Shown: positions 18,548-28,207, counted from the stretch's first letter. The stretch is DNA of 28,339 nt from Deltaproteobacteria bacterium (GCA_033763315.1 JANRKS010000030.1:1-28339); one strand, 5' to 3'. Notes: a model not told the origin generated them from the letters alone. A program made the numbers and translations.

Positions 18548-19699
18548 CTATGTTTCGAGATCGCGGGGCTGCGCGACCGCGTATTCGATGACCCCCGGCA
18601 GATCCGGTGAATCCACGCCGTACCAGTACACGTGCCAATCGGTGAGGCGCACCAAGCCATCGCACTTGCGCGCGTACCAGGGATCAATGGGGTTATCGGG
18701 CCGGCCGCGCCAAAAAAAGCGCGAGTATTCACGCAACATCACGTTCCAGATGTCGCCGCCGATGCCTTCACCTTGGGCTTGGCGTTCAACCGCGAACTTC
18801 GACAAATAGATGCCCGCCGAGGAGTTCACCAACATCGCGGCGCCCCGGTAGTTCTCCTCGAGGTAGATGCGCTCCCACGGTTGGTTGAGCGCGCCATCGC
18901 GCAACTTGCGGCCGAACGCCGATTCGATGAGCCCTTCCAGCCGCGGCTGATCCAGCGTCGACAAATCCTTGTGCGTCTCGATGCGCGAACCTTTGCGCAC
19001 GAGTGTGCCGGAGCCCGACACGGTGAACAGTTCGCGCAGCAAATGCAGTGGGTTCACCACCGTCACTGTCATTCGGTGCGGTACGGCGTCCAGCAGCGCC
19101 TTCGTGCGCCGAAGCAGCAATTGATGGCGCCGTGGCAGGTCGGTGCCGGTGAGCAGGTGATCGTAATCTGTGTTTAGGTTCACCACGTCGATGCGTGGCG
19201 AGCCCCGCCGTTCGAGGCCCGAGCTCGTCGACAAGAACACAACTTTGCGTGTTTCGAGCGCCGTTGATAGCCGCGTAAGGACGCTAAAGCGCGCCTCCAC
19301 GGAATCCCCGCGCGCCGCCTGCAGCGACACAATGGGGATCTGCTGGGCGCCGATTGTGGCCCGGACCTCAGCGATGTTGTCACTGGAAAGATCCGCTGAA
19401 GCTTCGATGATCCGCGCTGGAACTTGGTCTTCTTGCAGCCATTCGAGCACGCGCCGGGCGTTGTCGTTGGCTTCCTTCGCCTCGGGCAAGCCGATGAGTA
19501 CGACGGGCATCAAACCCAACCCCGTCAGGATGCGCAGATCGAAGTGCAACGGGTCGAGCGCCGTTTTTAGGATCTGGGCGTCGGCGGCGATGATCGCGAA
19601 GCTTTCCTTGCGCTGCCCGCGGAACAACTTGAGATACAGCTCCACATCGGCTTTCTTGCCGACGCTTTCAACGAACCGCTGGATGACTTCAGTGTCCAA
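18548..19699 (-). CDS. N-acetylglutamate synthase, AAK-like plus DUF619/NAT type (Xanthomonas/Maricaulis/vertebrate-like)
   Basis: N-terminal YLKLF and AAK-like fold; ELFTVSGSGTLVRKG linker; NAT motifs YLSKFAVERQAQGEGIG, WRGRPDNPIDPWY, WHVYWYG. Probable TTG start at 19699. argB and argC are nearby. Confidence 0.8.
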   Translation of the reverse strand: MDTEVIQRFVESVGKKADVELYLKLFRGQRKESFAIIAADAQILKTALDPLHFDLRILTGLGLMPVVLIGLPEAKEANDNARRVLEWLQEDQVPARIIEASADLSSDNIAEVRATIGAQQIPIVSLQAARGDSVEARFSVLTRLSTALETRKVVFLSTSSGLERRGSPRIDVVNLNTDYDHLLTGTDLPRRHQLLLRRTKALLDAVPHRMTVTVVNPLHLLRELFTVSGSGTLVRKGSRIETHKDLSTLDQPRLEGLIESAFGRKLRDGALNQPWERIYLEENYRGAAMLVNSSAGIYLSKFAVERQAQGEGIGGDIWNVMLREYSRFFWRGRPDNPIDPWYARKCDGLVRLTDWHVYWYGVDSPDLPGVIEYAVAQPRDLET

Positions 19700-19860
19700 G
19701 GCCTGCCTGTTGTGGGGGCTACAAAATGGAGCCAAGGCCCCGGGGCGTCAATGTCGTTTTTGGCGTCTTAGCAACGCGCGCCGACGGTAAGGCCCGGATA
19801 GAACCAACAGGTGCGGCGTTGCGCTCGGTGGATCCCTCGCACGGTGCTAATCTAGCGGCG

Positions 19861-21678
19861 GTGTCAGACCCCGAGATCCTTGCCGAACCGCCACGCAAAG
19901 CAGGCAGCCCTGCGACCGGCGAGGGTCCAACCACCGACGCAGGCGGCGCCGACCCCTACGTGGGGCGCTTAATCGGGGACCGCTACCGCATTTTGGATCG
20001 CCTTGGCGAAGGCGGCATGGGCCTTGTGTTCCGGGGTGAACACGTCCTCATGAAGAAGGCCGTGGCCATCAAACTCCTGCACCGCGAGCTGGGCAACGTC
20101 GACGACGCCACCAAGCGGTTCGAGCGCGAGGCGCAATCCGCATCGCGGCTGTCCCACCCAAGCATCGTGGGCGTCACGGACTTCGGCAGAGCCGACACGG
20201 GCGAATTGTTCTTGGTGATGGAGTACGTGCCGGGCGGGCACCTGGGCGAATATCTGCAGAAACATGGCCGCTTGTCGCCTTCGCGTGCCTTGATGATCAC
20301 GCGCCTGATGTTGCGGGGCTTGGCGCACGCCCACCAAGCGGGAGTGGTGCACCGCGATCTTAAACCCGCCAACGTGATGTTGCTTGAATCGGACCTTGAG
20401 CCAGGCCGCATCGATGGCGTCAAAATCCTGGATTTTGGCATCGCCAAGATGACTGAAGCGGCGTCCGCCACGCCTGACGCTGCTTTGACCCGCGGAGGCA
20501 TGATCTTCGGAACGCCCAGTTACATGTCTCCCGAACAAGCTACGGGGGAGCAAGTCGATCACCGCACCGACATCTACGCGTGCGGGGTGATGCTTTACGA
20601 GATGCTGGTGGGTCGCAAGCCATTCGTGGCGGATGACCTGGTGAAAGTGATGGCAATGCAGGTGACGGCGGCCCCGCCGGCGTTCGCCAAAGTCGCGCCG
20701 AAGTTGCGGATACCTGAGGTGCTTGAATCCATTGTGATCAAGGCGCTGCAAAAGGACCGAAACCGGCGGTATGCATCGGCGATCGCGTTTCTCGAAGCGC
20801 TGGATTCAGCTGAGGCCCAGCTGGCGCAGCGGGGGCGGCCACCCATGGGGGCCAAGCAAGCGGCCGCAGCGGCTTCCGACTTAGGGTCCCGGGCGTTGGC
20901 GCGCGCGAAGGTTGCGTGGAACGATCCGAACCAGCGCCGCATCTTTGTGGGGGCGTCGGCCGTGGTGTTTGTGGCGCTGTTGGTGACGTCGCTGTTTGGA
21001 GGTGCCGAGCCCATCAAACCAAAGCCACCCACGCCCGCGTTGAAGATCCCGCTCAAGCAGGCTGAAGAAGCGATCGGCGCCGGCAAGCTGGTGGAGGCCA
21101 AGGCCATTTTGCTGCAGCAACTGTCAAAGCATCCCGACAGTGGCCGTGTGCATTTCCTGTTAGGGACGATCGCGTTTTCGGAGGCCGACTTTGACGGCGG
21201 GCTTGAGCGATACAAAGAAGCCCTCAAGCGGGATCGCGGGCTGCGCGGCGACGCGGCTTTGCTTTTGAACGTCAAAGGCTTGATGACGGACCGCAAACGG
21301 GCGGAAACGGCCTTGTCCTTTATGGCGGAATCTGTAGGTGAGCCAGCGGCCGACGTGTTCATCGATGTGGCCAGCCACGATCCGCGCGCCGCCTTCCGCG
21401 ACATCGCTCGCAAAGCCTGCAGTAAGTACGGATGTATCGATAAGGTCGACCAAGTTGCGAGTTATGAGCTGGATTTGAAGCAAGCCAAGACCTGCGACGC
21501 CAAGCGGGAGGCCATCGTCGGTCTGGTGGGCACCGGGGACGCGCGGGCGGCCGAGGTTTTGAAAAAGGCGCGCCGCAACCGCAGCAACGCTTTGGGTCGG
21601 TGGCTGGGCATCGAAGGCAGCAACGATTGCGTGCGCAAAGACATTGAAGATGGCCTCAAGGCTCTTGGCGCCACCTGA
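19861..21678 (+). CDS. Membrane Ser/Thr protein kinase with extracytoplasmic TPR/helical-repeat domain
   Basis: LGEGGMGLV, VAIK, HRDLKPAN, DFGIAK, GTPSYMSPEQ; TM IFVGASAVVFVALLVTSLF; C-terminal TPR-like helices with 4 Cys. Probable GTG start at 19861 (track start 19726). Confidence 0.92.
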   Translation: MSDPEILAEPPRKAGSPATGEGPTTDAGGADPYVGRLIGDRYRILDRLGEGGMGLVFRGEHVLMKKAVAIKLLHRELGNVDDATKRFEREAQSASRLSHPSIVGVTDFGRADTGELFLVMEYVPGGHLGEYLQKHGRLSPSRALMITRLMLRGLAHAHQAGVVHRDLKPANVMLLESDLEPGRIDGVKILDFGIAKMTEAASATPDAALTRGGMIFGTPSYMSPEQATGEQVDHRTDIYACGVMLYEMLVGRKPFVADDLVKVMAMQVTAAPPAFAKVAPKLRIPEVLESIVIKALQKDRNRRYASAIAFLEALDSAEAQLAQRGRPPMGAKQAAAAASDLGSRALARAKVAWNDPNQRRIFVGASAVVFVALLVTSLFGGAEPIKPKPPTPALKIPLKQAEEAIGAGKLVEAKAILLQQLSKHPDSGRVHFLLGTIAFSEADFDGGLERYKEALKRDRGLRGDAALLLNVKGLMTDRKRAETALSFMAESVGEPAADVFIDVASHDPRAAFRDIARKACSKYGCIDKVDQVASYELDLKQAKTCDAKREAIVGLVGTGDARAAEVLKKARRNRSNALGRWLGIEGSNDCVRKDIEDGLKALGAT

Positions 21679-21736
21679 GCCCGCCTGCAAGCTTAGTGTA
21701 AGCTAGCCAGGCTCACCGTGAGCTGCTCGATTGTCG

Positions 21737-22714
21737 CTATGCCTGATAGCTTTGCAGCGTAATAGGATCGATGACCACAGGAGTCCGTCGGACTTTGGTC
21801 CACGCGAAATCGGCAACGAGTTCGTTCGCCGTGGTGCGTGTCCCCGGCGGACACAAACCGGCCGATGCGGCCATCGCGCCAATCAGGGTTTCGGCCGCCA
21901 CGCCGCGCGCGAACACGTCACGAACTGTGGGGGGGCGGTTACGTTTAGCGAGTCGCTCGCCCGCGGGTGATAGGACCAATGGCACATGAATGTGCGCGGG
22001 GGGAGCGAACCCGAGGCATCGCGCGAGAGCCACTTGGCGGCCGGTCGACGAAAGCAGATCGTCGCCACGCACAACCTCGGTGACACCCATCAATCCGTCG
22101 TCCACGACCACTGCCAATTGATACGCATGCAGTCCATCGGCCCGGCGCAGGACAAAGTCATCTACCAGCTGCTCGTGTTCACCAAGCAACCCATCAACGA
22201 AGCGCACGTTTTGCCCGCCGCGAAATCTCACGGCCGCTGATTTTCCGGCTTGTTTCGCCTCTTGGAGCACCTGTGGCCATGCCTTATCACGGCAGGTCCC
22301 GGGATAACGGGGGCCTTCATCTGCGGCGTGTGGCGCACTTGGTGCGCGCATGAGATCGGCCCTGGAACACGAACATAAAAATGTTTGCTGTTGGCGTGCA
22401 AGGGCAGTGAGTGCGTCGTCGTACAAATGACGTCGCTGGCTTTGCAAACAAGGACTCCCAGCGTCCATTTCGTCGCAGATGAGGCCCAGCGCCGCGAGAT
22501 CTTCCTGCAACGCGCGCGTGCCTCCTGGTGCCACGCGCGGCGTGTCTATGTCTTCAATCCGCAGCAAGATACGGCCTCCCTGTGACCGTGCCGACAGCCA
22601 AGCGAGCAGGGCGGTCCGTGCATTACCTAAATGCATCAACCCGGTGGGGCTCGGCGCGAGGCGGCCGACCACGGCGGGCGAGACGGGGGTTGGGACAGGG
22701 GGCGGAATCGACAT
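21737..22714 (-). CDS. gluQ: Glutamyl-Q tRNA(Asp) synthetase
   Basis: RLAPSPTGLMHLGN, LRIEDID, CSCSR, YPGTC, YQLAVVVDD, VVRGDDLL, LAKR. About 325 aa with no anticodon-binding domain. Start ATG 22714. Confidence 0.9.
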   Translation of the reverse strand: MSIPPPVPTPVSPAVVGRLAPSPTGLMHLGNARTALLAWLSARSQGGRILLRIEDIDTPRVAPGGTRALQEDLAALGLICDEMDAGSPCLQSQRRHLYDDALTALARQQQTFLCSCSRADLMRAPSAPHAADEGPRYPGTCRDKAWPQVLQEAKQAGKSAAVRFRGGQNVRFVDGLLGEHEQLVDDFVLRRADGLHAYQLAVVVDDGLMGVTEVVRGDDLLSSTGRQVALARCLGFAPPAHIHVPLVLSPAGERLAKRNRPPTVRDVFARGVAAETLIGAMAASAGLCPPGTRTTANELVADFAWTKVRRTPVVIDPITLQSYQA

Positions 22715-22855
22715 AATCGACCTGAGTGGTCGGCAACCGAGGGCATAAGTTGTAAATGACTCACGAAAGTTATTGCCAAACGGACGCCTACACAACAAAA
22801 CTGCACTGCAATAACCAGGTTCCAATAGGGGGAGCTCCGCAAGGGGCAGGAGCCA

Positions 22856-23557
22856 ATGAACACCACAATCGACACAAGCAGTAAGGTCCTCTTCATAGGA
22901 GGTAGCCAGCGGAGCGAGTCGTACGTGCGCGCGCTCGAGACCGCAGGCTATACATGTGAACACACACTTTCACCCGATTCGGGGATGGCACGTCTCCGCG
23001 ACCCAGATAAAGCCTATGATTTGGTGATCTGGGATACTGAGCTGCAGGCTCGCGAGTTAGATGAAGCTTTCGACAAAGGGCGTTACCGCGCTCGCATGCC
23101 GACACTTCTTCTGCTCGAGAGGTTGTACCCATGGGTTGCGGCCCAGGGGCGAAGGCCAGGGTCGCTCGATTATTTGATCAAGCCGGCAACGCCGGACGAT
23201 GTGGCTGCGGCCGCGGATCAGAACGTACGCTTGGTGAAGGCCAAACGTTACGTAGAGTACATGCGTCAGCAAGCTCTTGAGCTCGCTGATTTGTTGGGCA
23301 AAACCGTCGATCTCCTGGGGCCCACGGGCTTTGGGTTCGACAGCAAAGAAGAAGCTCAACGCATGCCTCTGTCTGACCGCGAGGAGGAAATTGCGCGATG
23401 GCTGGCGAAGGGACACCGGGTCACCCAAATCGCCAAGATGCTGCAAATTAGCCCTCACACGGTTCGCAACCACTTCAAGTCCATCTTCCGCAAGATGCAG
23501 GTTCACTCACAAGTTGAGTTGCTGGCACGGCTGCGTGAAGAGTTCGAGAGCGCTTAA
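22856..23557 (+). CDS. LuxR/FixJ-type regulator with atypical receiver domain
   Basis: RBS AGGAG; REC-like LVIWD and DYLIKP; C-terminal LSDREEEIARWLAKG...IAKMLQISPHTVRNH...IFRKMQV LuxR HTH. Confidence 0.88.
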   Translation: MNTTIDTSSKVLFIGGSQRSESYVRALETAGYTCEHTLSPDSGMARLRDPDKAYDLVIWDTELQARELDEAFDKGRYRARMPTLLLLERLYPWVAAQGRRPGSLDYLIKPATPDDVAAAADQNVRLVKAKRYVEYMRQQALELADLLGKTVDLLGPTGFGFDSKEEAQRMPLSDREEEIARWLAKGHRVTQIAKMLQISPHTVRNHFKSIFRKMQVHSQVELLARLREEFESA

Positions 23558-23729
23558 AGCGGCAATGATTCGGCCGCGCGCGAAGGGATACGCGTGCTGG
23601 CCGCCACTTAAACGTTTAGATCTGCTCGTTCAGATCTTTCGGTCTTGGGGGATCGATCGATATGAACGTTAGGATTGTTGCAAGTCTGCGCTCGCGGGTG
23701 GGTGAGCGCAGCACTAGACTGCTGGCATT

Positions 23730-25232
23730 GTGAAGATTGCCGGAGCCACTGTGTTGGGTGCCATTGATGTTGGCACCAACGCCGCGCGTTTGAAAATCGT
23801 GCGCGTGGGCGCCGACGGTGCTTTCGAGCCGGTGCATGAAGAGCGAGACGCGATTCGCCCGGGCGAAGGCGTTTTCAAGAGCCGTGTGATGCGTAAAGCG
23901 GTGGCCGACCGTTTATTGGCCACGCTGAGGCGCTTCGGCGCGCTGTGCAAGAAGCACGGGGCCGTGATGCGTGCGGTGGCCACAAGCGCTGTTCGTGAGG
24001 CCCGCAACCGCGACGAAGTCTTGGCGCGCGTGCGAAGTGAGTGCGGTTTCTCGTTAGAGGTCGTGTCGGGGCGCGAAGAAGCGCGGCTGATCTGCTTGGG
24101 CGTGTTGCGTGGATCCAGGCCGCAGCAGCGGTCGTTGATCATCGACGTGGGCGGCGGCTCAACAGAAGTGGCATCCGCCAAAGGTGAAACACCCCTGGAG
24201 CTGTGGAGCATCGCGCTTGGTGCCGTGCGCCTCAGCGAACTGTTCGATACGCGAGCGGCATTGGATAGCAAGCAGCTCAAACTAATGCGCACGTATGCTG
24301 CGGAGTTGGTTGCGGAATCCCTGCCGGCACAAATCGCGGGCGCGCCCATGGAGGCGCTCGGCAGTTCAGGGTCGATCCGCGCGGTGGTCAATTACGCCGC
24401 GGCACCCGGCACCGCGTTCGCCACAAAAAAACAAGTGAGTCGTGCCGTCAAGCAGCTGGCGGCGATGAGCTTGGGCGACCGCGGCAGCCATTTTGAACCG
24501 CATCGCGCCGAAGTGATCCTTGCCGGCGCCGTCATCGTTGAAGCGGTGATGAATGGGCTTCACTTGGAATCGATTGCGGCCGTGTCCAGCGGTTTGCGTG
24601 ACGGCATCCTCGTGGACATGCTGCGCAGCCGGCGTGGGGGCCGTGCCGATCATTCGCTCGTGCAGGCGGCCACAGATTTAGGGGCACGGTTCGGCGTAAA
24701 CGCGAAGCACGCACGTCAGGTGGCGGTCTTGGCGATGGGGCTGTTCGATGATTTGCAAGGGTTGCATCACTTACCGGTTGAGCTTCGACCGTTGCTGGAA
24801 GCGGCGGCGCTGTTGCACGATGTGGGGCACGCGGTGAATTACCAAAGGCACCACCGCCACACGTACTACCTTATCGATCAGGCCGACATTCCTGGCTTGG
24901 CAGACCATCAACGCCGCATGGTTGCGGCGATCGCGCGCTACCACCGAGGCAGCGCGCCTTTGGCAACGCATGCCGCGATGGCGGGCCTTTCGCGCACGGA
25001 AGTGATGCAAGTGACAAAGCTATCCACTTTGCTGCGGGTCGCCGACTGTTTGGACCGCAGCCATCACCAGCCCGTGAAGCGGGTTCGTTGCAGAAATGTG
25101 GGCACCAAGGTTTCGCTGCGGGTCGTCTCGGAGCGGCCCGTCGACCTTGAGCTGTGGGACGCGCATCACGAAGCGGCGTTGTTCCGTCACGTGTTTCGCA
25201 AAGGGCTGGAGCTAACGTGGGTAAAGCGCTGA
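23730..25232 (+). CDS. ppx: Ppx/GppA family exopolyphosphatase / pppGpp phosphohydrolase with HD domain
   Basis: AIDVGTN, VATSAVREA, SGREEARL, IDVGGGSTE, GLRDG, LLHDVG. Confidence 0.92.
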   Translation: MKIAGATVLGAIDVGTNAARLKIVRVGADGAFEPVHEERDAIRPGEGVFKSRVMRKAVADRLLATLRRFGALCKKHGAVMRAVATSAVREARNRDEVLARVRSECGFSLEVVSGREEARLICLGVLRGSRPQQRSLIIDVGGGSTEVASAKGETPLELWSIALGAVRLSELFDTRAALDSKQLKLMRTYAAELVAESLPAQIAGAPMEALGSSGSIRAVVNYAAAPGTAFATKKQVSRAVKQLAAMSLGDRGSHFEPHRAEVILAGAVIVEAVMNGLHLESIAAVSSGLRDGILVDMLRSRRGGRADHSLVQAATDLGARFGVNAKHARQVAVLAMGLFDDLQGLHHLPVELRPLLEAAALLHDVGHAVNYQRHHRHTYYLIDQADIPGLADHQRRMVAAIARYHRGSAPLATHAAMAGLSRTEVMQVTKLSTLLRVADCLDRSHHQPVKRVRCRNVGTKVSLRVVSERPVDLELWDAHHEAALFRHVFRKGLELTWVKR

Positions 25233-25325
25233 GGGCCGCCAAAGGCGGGTGACTAATCGAATTGGTGGCGAGATTTCGCGGCCGCCCTTGCAGACACCCT
25301 TGTCTTGCGCGTAGATCCCCCACCC

Positions 25326-26225
25326 ATGAGCACCGACCCCCAAGCCCCTCTCAAAGCCCATCATCCCGCCCATACCTTTTTCGTGGGCATCGATTCGGAT
25401 GGCTGCGCCTTTAATTCCATGGAAGTGAAACACAACGACTGCTTCAGCGTGAACGTGGTGAAGCACTTCGGGCTATCGGCGGTGTCACGACAGGTGCATC
25501 AATGTTGGGACTTTGTGAACTTGTATTCGCAGTCGCGCGGGTGCAATCGCTTCAAAGCGCTTTTGGATGTGATGGACCTGTTGCGAGACATGCCGAAAGT
25601 CAAAGCGGCTGGCGTTTCGGTGCCCGCGTTGCCTGCCACGCGCGCGTGGGTCAAAGAAGAAACGGCGTTGGGCAACCCAACTTTGGCGTCGCGTTTGGCC
25701 GCGGCTTCAGGCGAAGCCAAGCGGGAGCTTGAGCAGGTGATGGCGTGGAGCTTGGGCGTCAACGCTTTCGTTAAAGACATTGTGAAAGAGCTGCCGCCCT
25801 TCGCGGGGACGACGCGCGTGTTGAAGGATCTGCAAGGCAAAGCGGACGTGCTTGTTGTGTCTGCCACACCGGCGGAAGCGCTGGTGCGCGAATGGGCAGA
25901 GCACGGCATCGATCAATATGTGCGCTTGATCGCTGGGCAAGAAATGGGATCGAAAGCCGAGCACCTGACCCTCGCGGCTGTGGGCAAATATGCTGCCGAC
26001 GCCATTTTGATGGTGGGTGATGCGCCGGGCGATCTCAAAGCCGCACGGGCGGTGGGCGCGCTGTTCTTTCCTATCAATCCTGGTGATGAAGAAGAATCAT
26101 GGGCGCGCTTGCAGGCCGAAGGGTTGCCGCGGTTTTTCGCCAAAGAATATGCAGGCGCTTATGAAGCCGCATTGGTGAACGCCTTCATGGAACGTTTGCC
26201 TTCCACGCCGCCGTGGAAAGTTTAG
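25326..26225 (+). CDS. HAD-superfamily hydrolase (C1 cap), substrate unknown
   Basis: Motif I FFVGIDSDG, motif II VVSAT, motif III Lys (GSK), motif IV MVGDAPGD. ATG at 25326. Confidence 0.85.
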   Translation: MSTDPQAPLKAHHPAHTFFVGIDSDGCAFNSMEVKHNDCFSVNVVKHFGLSAVSRQVHQCWDFVNLYSQSRGCNRFKALLDVMDLLRDMPKVKAAGVSVPALPATRAWVKEETALGNPTLASRLAAASGEAKRELEQVMAWSLGVNAFVKDIVKELPPFAGTTRVLKDLQGKADVLVVSATPAEALVREWAEHGIDQYVRLIAGQEMGSKAEHLTLAAVGKYAADAILMVGDAPGDLKAARAVGALFFPINPGDEEESWARLQAEGLPRFFAKEYAGAYEAALVNAFMERLPSTPPWKV

Positions 26226-26266
26226 CCCAAGCGCACGATAGCTAGATCAACAACAAGGAACAACGC

Positions 26267-27691
26267 ATGAGCCAAGCACAAGCGAATTTTGGAATGATCG
26301 GCCTCGCCGTTATGGGGCGCAATCTTGCTCTGAACGTGGCGGATCACGGCTTTAAGGTGGCCGTGTGGAACCTTGAAACGCCCGTCACGGAAGCGTTCGT
26401 GAAGGAATACGGTTCCGAAAAGTTTGTGGGCACCGAAACGTTGGCCGAATTTGTGGCGGCGTTGGAGCGCCCTCGGCGGATCATGATCATGATCAAAGCC
26501 GGCAAGCCCGTTGACGAAGTGTTGGCGCAGCTTAAGCCGCTGCTGCAGCCCGATGACATAGTCATTGACGGGGGCAACACGCATTTCCAAGAGACGCGGC
26601 GGCGTGAGGCTGACCTTGCGGCATTGCAGATTCGGTTTGTGGGCATGGGTGTTTCGGGCGGTGAAGAAGGCGCGCGTCGCGGGCCCGCCCTGATGCCAGG
26701 TGGGCACGTCAACGCGTGGAAGTCGTTGCAGCCGGTGCTCGAAGCGATCGCGGCCAAAACCGATTCTGGGCCATGTGTCACGCACGTGGGGCCCGACGGC
26801 GCGGGGCACTTCGTGAAGATGGTGCACAACGGAATCGAGTACGGCGACATGCAGCTGTTGGCAGAGTCTTACGACATCTTGGGTCGTGGATTGGGTCTTG
26901 GCGCCGATGAGTTGGCGAAGATCTTCGGGCGGTGGAACGAAGGCGATTTGTCGTCTTTCTTGGTGGAACTGACGGCCAAGGTGTTCGCGAAGAAAGACGA
27001 CGAAAGCGGCAAGCCGCTCGTTGATCTTGTGCAGGACAAAGCGGGGCAAAAGGGCACCGGCAAATGGACCGCAGAACTTGCTTTGGATCTGGGCGTGTCG
27101 ATTCCCACCGTGACCGCGGCGTTGGATGGCCGCGTGCTATCGAGCATGAAAGCGGAGCGCGTGGCCGCAGAGCCCAAGATTCGCGGTGCCGTCGTAGCGC
27201 CCGTGGCGGCTTCTGAGCGTGATGGTTTGGTTCAAGCCGTGCACGACGCTTTGTTGGCGTCAAAGATCTGCTCGTACGCACAAGGGTTGGCGCTCATTCG
27301 CAAGGCGAGTGCCGAATACAACTGGAACATTCGGCTTGATGAGATGGCGCGCATTTGGAAAGGCGGCTGTATCATCCGCGCGCGCTTGCTGGATTCCATC
27401 ATGCGCGCTTATCAACGCACGCCTGAATTGGCGAACCTTCTTTTGGATCCGGATTTCGAGCAACGCATGTTCGCCGCACAACCAGGGTGGCGTAAGGCGA
27501 TTGGCTTCGCTCAAGGGTTGGGTTTGCCGGTGCCGGCCATGTCAGCCAGCTTGGCATATTTCGATAGCTACCGAACCGCGCGTTTGCCGCAGAATCTCAC
27601 GCAAGCGCAACGGGACGCCTTCGGCGCACACACATACGAGCGGCTTGATAAGCCCGGCCTGGGCTTCGTTCATAGCGAGTGGCTTAAATAG
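26267..27691 (+). CDS. gnd: 6-phosphogluconate dehydrogenase, decarboxylating (long form)
   Basis: GLAVMG, DGGN, VSGGEEGA, KMVHNGIEYGDMQ, QKGTGKWT, WKGGCIIRA, QRDAFGAHTY. Confidence 0.96.
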   Translation: MSQAQANFGMIGLAVMGRNLALNVADHGFKVAVWNLETPVTEAFVKEYGSEKFVGTETLAEFVAALERPRRIMIMIKAGKPVDEVLAQLKPLLQPDDIVIDGGNTHFQETRRREADLAALQIRFVGMGVSGGEEGARRGPALMPGGHVNAWKSLQPVLEAIAAKTDSGPCVTHVGPDGAGHFVKMVHNGIEYGDMQLLAESYDILGRGLGLGADELAKIFGRWNEGDLSSFLVELTAKVFAKKDDESGKPLVDLVQDKAGQKGTGKWTAELALDLGVSIPTVTAALDGRVLSSMKAERVAAEPKIRGAVVAPVAASERDGLVQAVHDALLASKICSYAQGLALIRKASAEYNWNIRLDEMARIWKGGCIIRARLLDSIMRAYQRTPELANLLLDPDFEQRMFAAQPGWRKAIGFAQGLGLPVPAMSASLAYFDSYRTARLPQNLTQAQRDAFGAHTYERLDKPGLGFVHSEWLK

Positions 27692-27700
27692 AGACGCGGG

Positions 27701-27745
27701 GGCCTTCGGAGTCAGCGCGTTGCGTGGCGCGCTGACTCGGGGGCT
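27701..27745. terminator. Hairpin between convergent gnd and HIT genes, putative terminator
   Basis: Perfect 11-bp stem GAGTCAGCGCG (27709-27719) / CGCGCTGACTC (27728-27738), extendable with G-U pairs. Only a short T tract follows. Confidence 0.6.
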
Positions 27746-28168
27746 TTACAGAGCTTCGCTGATCCGTCGAGCCAATTCGGAGGCGACGTTTGGAGCCAAC
27801 GGCGTGGGCTTCCAACCGATGCCAAGACCGGCGTCAGTGCGTGCGTCGTCGAATTTTGGGATGATGTGAAAGTGCACGTGGAACACAGCTTGGTGGGCCA
27901 GCTTGCCGTTGTTCTGCAAAATGTTGAAGGCCTTTGCGCCCGTGGCCGAGAGCACGGCTCGACAGATGCGCGGAAGCGCGCGTCCGATGGCGGCCGCGGA
28001 ATCGTCTGACAGTTTGTCTAACGTCTCGGCAACTTCCTTGGGGATCACCAACGTGTGACCGGCGCTGATGGGGTTGATGTCCAAAAAGGCCAACACGTGT
28101 TGGTCTTCATAAACCCGGTGACAAGGAATCGCCCCCGATATGATCTTGCTGAAGATCGTGTCTGCCAT
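27746..28168 (-). CDS. HIT-family nucleotide hydrolase (HinT-like)
   Basis: MADTIFSKII, AFLDINP, GHTLVIPK, histidine triad HVHFHII. Start ATG 28168; the track's extension to 28327 merely translates the repeat. Confidence 0.93.
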   Translation of the reverse strand: MADTIFSKIISGAIPCHRVYEDQHVLAFLDINPISAGHTLVIPKEVAETLDKLSDDSAAAIGRALPRICRAVLSATGAKAFNILQNNGKLAHQAVFHVHFHIIPKFDDARTDAGLGIGWKPTPLAPNVASELARRISEAL

Positions 28169-28207
28169 CCGCCCGAGTCTAGCAGTTGAGGATGACAAGT
28201 CGCCCGG

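Noticed and set aside
21676-21715. Possible hairpin between the convergent kinase and gluQ genes
   Set aside because: Short interrupted stems (AGCTTA/TAAGCT, GCCTG/CAGGC) and no T tract; too weak to call a terminator.
22731-22800. Resemblance to a c-di-GMP-I riboswitch (GGCAA...GAAAG...GGACGC)
   Set aside because: Spacing and the GCAAAGC/P2 elements do not fit. An Infernal search against the Rfam c-di-GMP-I model would settle it.
23605-23670. Palindrome TAAACGTTTA and four clustered GATC sites upstream of ppx
   Set aside because: Short motifs that could arise by chance; no supporting context such as DnaA boxes or a methylase.
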